Origin: a virus | Taxonomy: Duplodnaviria; Caudoviricetes | Reading direction: 5' to 3' (one strand) | IMG/VR virus record: IMGVR_UViG_3300020472_000127 | Span: 1-28,629 of that record | Length of the DNA: 28,629 bases | Part shown: piece after piece, positions 7,901 through 16,900 of the stretch | How positions within the stretch are numbered: position 1 is the stretch's first letter | Layout of the letters: each line of letters starts with the position of its first letter | Position numbers and translations under genes: made by a program | The notes under the pieces: model-generated | The model's database searches: none | Told to the model about the DNA's origin: nothing | Seen by the model: the letters and a program-made list of their open reading frames with translations, nothing else

Positions 7901-10900
7901 ATCACGGATTTAATGAAGGTGATAAGATTGTATATGATACTGCTGTTGGTGTTGGGTCTACTATACCAACTAAAATATCAGAATTAGTAAAATATACTGG
8001 AATAACAACTACAAGTAATTTCTATCAAGTCATTAAAATAACAGATGATAAGTTTAGACTTAGTAACGCTGGACTTGGTGGAACAATAACTTCAAATTAT
8101 GTAAGAAATAATTATATTAAATTTACTGATAAAGGAACTGGATATCAAGTTTTCAAATATCCTAATATTAAATTAGATATTAAGTATGAACTTGCCAATA
8201 CAAATGTAGGTGTTATAACTGCAACTCCTCTTGTTAGAGGTCCAATTGTAGATGCTTATCTTTATGAGAAAGGAACTGGGTATGGATCTGAGGTTCTAAA
8301 TCTTGAAAAAACAGCAACAATAACAGTTAAAACTGGAAAAGAAGCAGAATTAAAACCAATTATTACTGATGGAAAGGTAACATATGTTGAAATCCAAAAT
8401 GGTGGTAAGGAGTATACTGCTGCACCAGATTTAAGTTTAGTTGGTATTGGAACTGGACTTGGTGGTAAATTAAGGGCAGTAGTTACTGGTGGAAAGATAA
8501 CTGATGTAATAATAGTTGATCCAGGAAGTAAATATCAACAAGATAAAGTTTCTATTAACGTAGTATCTCCAGGAAAAAATGTAAAAATAGAACCATCTAT
8601 TAGAGGATTGACTGTTAATAATTTCTCTAGATATGGAAATGAATCTTTAATAGAAACTACTGATCAATTAGAGTATTCATTTGTTGGATATTCCACTGCT
8701 ATTGGTAATGATGTTTATAGTGATAATGGACTTAAGCACTCTCCAATTATAGGATGGGCATATGATGGAAATCCAATTTATGGTCCATATGGTTATAATG
8801 ACGGTAAAGATGAGAACTCTGGAATAAGAATATTAGAAGCAGGATATGTTGCTAATACTTCTAAAATAGAAGATAGACCTGCAATTTCCTCATTTGGTTC
8901 TGGATTCTTTGTAGAAGATTATGAGTTTGATGGTAGTGGTGATTTGGATGAATATAATGGTAGATATGGTAGAACTCCAGAATTTCCTAATGGAATATAT
9001 GCATACTTTGCTGGTATAACAACTGATACTCGGTTAGCAAGATTTCCATATTTTATTGGTGATAAGTTTAGATCAAATGTAGTTGAAGAGAATTACTCTA
9101 TCAATCAAAGAGATTTTGACTTTAAAGCACATAATTTGATAAGAAACACTTATCCATACAAAGTATCTGATCCATATGCTGATAATGATTTTATTATTGA
9201 ATCTAACGAAATTATTGATCAAACTTCAATTATTGAAGGTACAACAAAAGGAAATATAGATTCTTTCCAGATTGTTGCATCTGGTAGTGGTTATAAGATG
9301 GGTGACGCTCTTAGATTTGATAATACTGGTACATCTGGTGGTGGATTAAGTGCTCAAATTGTTAGAATAAAAGGTAAAGATATTAATAATATTGATACTG
9401 AAATTAAAAACTATAATGATCCTATTTTTATTTGGAAGAATTCAAATGAAGTATCTGCTTATATTTCAACATCTCATCCATTAATTACTAATGAAAATAT
9501 TGCTATTAGTGGTATAAGAACCGAAGGAACATTAGGTGATACCTCAACATTTACTATTAAGAATCTTGCAGGTACTCATAGAATTGGAGTAACAACTGTA
9601 AGAACTGTTCTTTTCCAAGATGTTCCTACTTCTGCAGCAACTGGAATTGTAACTGATATCTATGTTTCTACTATTCCAGAACAGATTTCTGTCGGTAGTA
9701 GTATTACTATAGGAACAGAGAAACTTAAAGTCCTTAAAACATTTAATACTAGAAGTATTATAAGAGTACAAAGAGGAGTTGCTGGAGCAGCACATACATC
9801 ATCATCATTTGTTGATTTAGTTCCTAGTTATCTTACTATCCCAGTTGAAACCCCCTATTTTGACTCTAAAATAGATGATGTAGAATACTTTAACCCACAT
9901 CAATCAATCGGTCTTGGAACTGCTGTAGGTGTAGGTACAACAACACTCTATACCAGAGGTGAAGTATCTGAAGTTGTTGATATTCCAAATTATAGCATTT
10001 ACCTACCTAATCATCCATTTAAGACTGCTCAAGAGGTAGTTCTTAGGAAACCTGCTGCTGGATATGCATTAACAGTAACTACTGATGAAGATGCAACTAG
10101 ATGGCTTCTTCCTGATCCAGCAAATGGAAATAGTCAAACAGTTTATGTTATTAATAAATCACCAGATTATATTGGAATTGCAACTCAGGTTGGATTAACA
10201 ACTAATACCTCTGGTGTTGCATTTATTAGTAATGGTAATAGAGTTGGAAGTAGTGATTTTAGATATTCATTAGAGTCAAACTTTACTCAAATAACAGGAA
10301 ACCTTCAGCAAATTACTGCAACCGTAGGAGTTTCAACAGCACATGGATTATTAAAGGGTGATGAAATTTCATTCAATGTTAAACCAGATCAATCAGTTGG
10401 TATTGGAACATCAGTATCAATTGATGTTAGATATGATGAATTAAATGAAACTGTTCTAATTAATCCAATTTCAACTAATTCATCAGGTGTTAATGTTGGT
10501 CTTAATCAATTTACTCTTACTTCTCATGGATATAAAACAGGTGATAAGGTTTATTATACTTCTCCCTCTGTTGCTGGTGGATTGACAGATAAGAGAACAT
10601 ATTATGTTTATAATCAAGGTAATAATGATTTCAAATTATGTGATACAAGATTAGATGCTTTTAGTGTTCCACCTCTAATTAAAGATATTACAAGTAATGG
10701 TGGTGGTTCTGCTAAACATGAATTTTCATTAGTTAATCCAAGAATTTCGGTTCTTGAGAATAATAATCTTGTTTTTGATGTATCTCATCCTTCTTTATCT
10801 GGATATGACTTTAAATTATTCCACGATAATGAATATAAGAATGAATTTGTTTCAACTGGAAAAACAGATAGTTTTACGGTAACTGGAGTAGGAACAGTAG

Positions 10901-13900
10901 GTGTTACAACTACAGCAACATTAACTCTAAATTATTCAAATATAAATCCAAAGAGTTTATTCTATAATGTACAAAAATCTGGATTTATTAGTACATCAGA
11001 TACAGACGTTTCTAATTATACAAATATCAAATATGGTGGTAGTGACTATAATGGCACTTACGAAGTATATGGTATTGGTGTAACAGAATTTAGCGTATCG
11101 TTAAAAGAAATACCAGAATCTCTTACTTACTCACAAACAAATACATCAACATTAGAATATACAACTAATTCGTTAACTGCTAGAGGTGGTGTTGATAGAT
11201 TACAACTTAATTATGGTGGAGCAGGATATAAGAAATTGCCATCATTTGTAAGTATAGCATCAACAGAAGGTATTAATGCTAATGTTTTACCTCAATCTAA
11301 GAATATTAATAGAATTGATGATGTTAGAATTCTTGATCCAGGATATGAATATTCATCAGATCCCACATTAACTCCAGAAGCATTTGTTCCTCCTATAGTT
11401 TCTGTAATTGATAATACTAAGTTAACTGCAGTTCAAGTATTGGATGGTGGTTCAGATTATACTAGTGTTCCTAATATAGATCTTGTTAATCCTGATACTG
11501 GCGAAAAAATAACAAATGGATACTTAGAGGCTTTTATAAATCAAGGTTCTTCATCTATTTCTGGTGTTAATGTTATTTTAGAACCTAAAGGATTGACTTC
11601 AGTTGAGCATAAGGTTTACCCTGTAGACAATAGTAATGGTCTTTCAGTTTCTAAGGCAGAATATAATCCTTCAACTGGAATTGTAACTTGTACTTTAACT
11701 ACACCAGTTTTAGGATTTAGTACAGCACCATTTGCTGCTGGTGAAAAGATATTTGTGGAAGGAATTCAGCAGTATACAGATAATACTATTACTGGTGGTA
11801 ATGGATTTAATTCACCAGATAATGGGTATAAGTTCTTTGAAATAACAACATTTAGTAATACAAATCCAGCAGAATTAGAATATAATCTATCTGGAATTGC
11901 TACTAATCCTGGTGTTGCAAAAACAACTCAAAATTCATACGCTAATATTATAAGCATTAGTGATTATCCAACATTTACAGTAACACAAGCAAGATCTGAT
12001 TTTGATTTAGGTGAAAAATTATTAGCTTTAATTGGAACTGATTATGTAGAAGTTGATCTTACTGTAACTGAATCTAATGCTGATTCTATTAAAGTAAATG
12101 AAGATACACCTGGTGCATTTAATTTAGTTATTGGTCAATTGATAAAGGGTGTTAATAGTGGAACTATTGCAACTGTTAATACTGTAGATCTTAATAAGGC
12201 ACAGTTTGAGATTAATTACTCATTAAGACAGGATCAGGGATGGAGTGATAATATTGGTAAGTTGAATGAAGACTATCAATTATTACCCGATAATGATTAT
12301 TATCAGAATTTATCTTACACTGTTAAGAGTCCTATAACATATGAAACATTAATAAACCCAGTAAATCGTCTTCTTCATACTAGTGGACTTAAGAATTTTG
12401 CTGATGTAGGTATAACATCTAGTGTTAATGCTGGTGTAACTGCTGCTACAGAAGATTTTGTAATTGCAGTTGATTTATTAGAAGAAAAAAGAGTAGATAC
12501 TATTAATAACTTTGATCTTACAGTCGATGTTGATACTGCTAGTGGTAAATCTAAGTTCTTAAAGTTCTTAAATACAAAATTATCTCCATATATCGAATGT
12601 AAGACTAATAGGGTTCTGGAAATAGACAATATAAGTCCATTATTCTCTAATTCTGAAGCTACATTAGATCCATATGCAGAATTGCCACTTGATGATGATT
12701 ATGCCAATTTCTTAGTTCAAGTTAGAGATCCAAATACTGGTAATATTCAAATATCTGATATTGTTCTCTTTAAGGATGAAAATGATGTATTTACTATAGA
12801 AAGAGCAAAAGTTCATAGCACACCTTCAGAATTGGGTGAATTAAAAGCAGAAATGGACTCTGCTGATAATATTTCACTTAAATTTACTCCTGATAATATT
12901 TACGATAATGATTATGATATTAAGATCTTTAAGAGTTCATTTAATACTGATCTTTCGGGAATTGGAACTCAATCAGTTGGATTTGTTGATTTAACAGGTA
13001 TAAACAAATTAGTAAGTGCTGGAACTTCTCAATTAATTATTCAAGATAATACTACTGATATAGATGCTTATTTTGCCTCTATTGAAGTTGTTGATAAGGT
13101 AACAACTCAATCAAATTATGTTGAGTTATATTTAACTCATGATGGAACAAATGTTTATACTGGAGAGTATTATACTGATTCTGAAGATGGATCTATATCT
13201 AATTTTATAGGAACATTTACTTCTACTATTAGTTCTAATATATTGTCTTTAACTTATGAGAATAATACTTCTAATCAGGTTGATGTTAGAACAAGAATTA
13301 TTGGTATTGGAACAACTGCTGCTGGAATAGGAACATATAGATTCAAGAAAACAGGTCAATCTGATGGAACTGAAAGAACTGTTAATTTTGAGACAAATTA
13401 TGAAAATCCAGTTGGATTGGGTACTACTGCTGTTATTCAATTAGAAAAGAATAGGATATCAACTGTTAAGAGTTTTGTAAGGGTATCTACTGGAAATACT
13501 AGTGCAATGCATCAGGTAATGATGGCACACGATGGTACTGACAGTAAAGTTACTACATATCCATTCTTATCTATTGGAAGTACTTCTGGAATTGGTACAT
13601 TTACTTCAGAGTATAGTGGATCAAATTGGAATTTAGTTTTCCATCCAGATGCTAAATTTAGTTCTGGAAGTTTACAAATTCAGAGTTTCAATGAAGCAAT
13701 TTATACTGATAGTGATTTAGTTAATATTCCTCCAGATTTGCAGTATGGAACAGTTACCGATTCATTGAAACTTATTCAATATAATGCAATTAATGGAACA
13801 AGAGTTAATAGAACTGACTTTGAGATTAATCATAGTGGAATACCAATTTTTGAGAAGAAATTTGATCCTTCAGATTCAGCAGTATTGAATCTAGTAACTG

Positions 13901-16900
13901 GTGTATTTACTATTCAGGATCATTTCTTCGAGACTGGTGAAAAGTTAATTTATACACCAAATGATACTTTCTTAGGTGGTGCTATTACAGGTATTGGAAC
14001 TCTTACTGCTGGTGATATGCCTACAGATGTGTATGCAATTAGAGTTAATAAGGATAAGTTTAAACTTGCTTTATCTTTAGCAGAAGCTGATGCTGGATTA
14101 GGAAAAACATATACATCTGCTGGTTCTGGTAATTCTCATGAATTAGAAATGAGTAAGAAACTTGAAAAGAGTTTAATTTCAATTGATGGTGTAGTTCAAT
14201 CTCCACTTGCATTTACTCCAGTAAATACGACCTTATCATATGCATTAAACAATTCTGCAACTATATTTGGCGTTGCTGGTATCACATCTATTGCAACAAA
14301 TAGTATTGTGAAGATAGATGATGAATATATGAAAGTGACTAATGTTGGTCTTGGAACAACTTCAGTTGGACCAATAACCAATAATGGCAATGTAAATGTA
14401 ATAGAAGTAGAAAGAGGATTTGTTGGATCTTCTGCAACATCACATAGTGCTAGTGCTTCTACTAGAGTCTATGGTGGATCGTATAATATGATTGGAAATA
14501 AGGTTCACTTTACAGAATCTCTTGTTGGTAAAAATACAACAGCAAGGAATTCTTCAAATCTTGAATTCCCAAGAGCAACATTTAATGGAAGAGTATATCT
14601 TAGAAAGAATTATAGTACAAACGCAATTTTTGATGATATTTCTGATTCATTTACTGGTATAGGTCAAACTTATAGAGTAACTGTTGGTGGTGCTAATACT
14701 ACTGGAATTACAACTGGAAGTAGCATTGTTCTTATGAATGGAATATTCCAAGATCCTTCCACAACTAACAATGCTAATAATAATTATGAATATGTTGGAT
14801 CTGCTTCATCAACGAAAATTTCATTTACAGGTATTACATCTAGCAATGGTTCACTGATTATTGATGAAGATAATGTTAATCAAAACCAACTTCCAAGAGG
14901 AGGTGTAATTGTATCTCTAGGATCTACTGGTGGATTAGGTATTGCACCTCTATCTGGAGCAAAAGTAAAACCAACTGTTAATACAAATGGTAGTATAATT
15001 GGTATTTGTGGTATTCCTACAACTGGTAAGACTTATGGAATTACCACAGCATCATATAATAATACTACAGGAGAAGTTGAAATTACAACTTCAACAACTC
15101 ATGAGTTTAAAGAAGTAAATGAACCAATTAAACTATCTGGATTAGAATTTACTTGTGCTGGATCTCTTAATGTATCAAATGCTGTTTATAATCAAACTAC
15201 TGGTGATTTAGTATTAACTGTTGGATCTCATAATAGACCAGTAGGTAGTGGAATTACATTTAATAATAATTCACTAACCTTTAAGTGTAATCAGGATAAT
15301 TACGGTTCTAATCACACATATCCTCGTGGTGCTACTGACCCTGTTGGTAATGGTGTAACTGCTTATATTACAGCAACTAGTGCTAATACACTTACAGTTA
15401 ATGTTGGTGTTGGAACAACTGCTATTCACCAATTCGTAAGTGCTTCAAACCCTGCTATTAACTTTGGTGGAGATCATACTGGTATAACCACAACATTCTT
15501 CCCAGATGCTTACGCAGATAGATCATTCCCAATTAGTGGTATTCTTTCTACTAGAACATTTACCGCAAATGTTGGTGTAAGTACTATTCCACACACATAT
15601 GTTGGTGCAGGTACTGTTTATGAGTATCACGCTGATTTAGAATGGGGTTCTGGATATAGAAATCCAGTATCTGTAGGTGTTACTGATATTGCATATGAGC
15701 ATAAGTTTGTAAGTGCTGCTACAGGTGCTGTTACTGGTACAGGTGGTCCATTTACACCAACAAATGCAGTATATGAATCTCACACTGGAACACTTACTTT
15801 AACTATTCCAAGTCACGGTAGAAGCAGTGGTAATGTACAGATTGTAGATAATTCTCTTACATTTACTTGTTCTAGAGATAATTATCAGACTAATCATACT
15901 TATCCAAGATCAACTGACCCTGCTGGTGGTTCTACAAACCTACCAATTACTGTAATTGATACAGATACACTCTCAGTTGGTGTTGGATCTGGTGGAGGTG
16001 CAGGAACTGGTGCTGTAGTAACAGCAACCGTAGTAGATAATACCCACAATTACGTTGGTGGTACAGCAACAGGTGCGATAATACCAAATGCTTGGGGTAC
16101 TACACCACTTAATGTTAATGCTGCGACTTATAATCCAGAAACTGGTATTTTAGTTGTAACAACCACTGCTAATCATGGTTTAAGTGCTAGTGATACTATT
16201 GGTATTAAGACATCTTCTCTCACATTTACTTGTGCTCAAGATAATCATAATAGCAATCATTCATATCCTAGAGTTGGTGATCCTATAGATGGACTTATAA
16301 ACTTAGCAATTACAACACCTGCTGCAAACACAATTTCTGTTAATGTTGGTAAAGCACCTAAAGGAACTGGTGGGGCATTAAAATTTGCTATTACTGGTGT
16401 TGGTGCTGATTATGTAAATCCAAAGATATTTGTAGATTCTCCATCTTATTCAAATCTTGGAATAACTGGTGTTTCTAGAAGAGGTATTGGTTCTACTACT
16501 GATACTGGAACAGGTGTTAAATTATCTGTTGCTGTTGGTGGTGCTAATACAGTAGGTATTGGATCTACATCATTCACTGTTACTGGATTTAATATTCACA
16601 ATTATGGATATAATTTCAGAGAAGGAGATGTATTTAAACCAGTTGGATTGGTTACATCAAGATTCCGTAATACTTCTGCTATGGATGATTTTGAACTTAC
16701 TGTTCTTGACACATACAACGATCAATTCTCTTCTTGGAATATGGGTGAATTTGATTATATTGATTCTATTAAGGATCTTCAGGATGGAGCAAGAACCAGA
16801 TTCCCATTATATTATAATAGTTCTTTATTAAGTTTTGAGATTGATCCTAACGATCAAAATTCTTCTTTAATTGATCTTAATTCATTATTACTAGTATTTG

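Noticed and set aside
15040-16355. gp7 repeats as a diversity-generating retroelement TR/VR pair or a CRISPR-like array
   Set aside because: Copies differ at all base types and are in-frame protein modules; no reverse transcriptase, cas gene or identical spaced repeats in the window.
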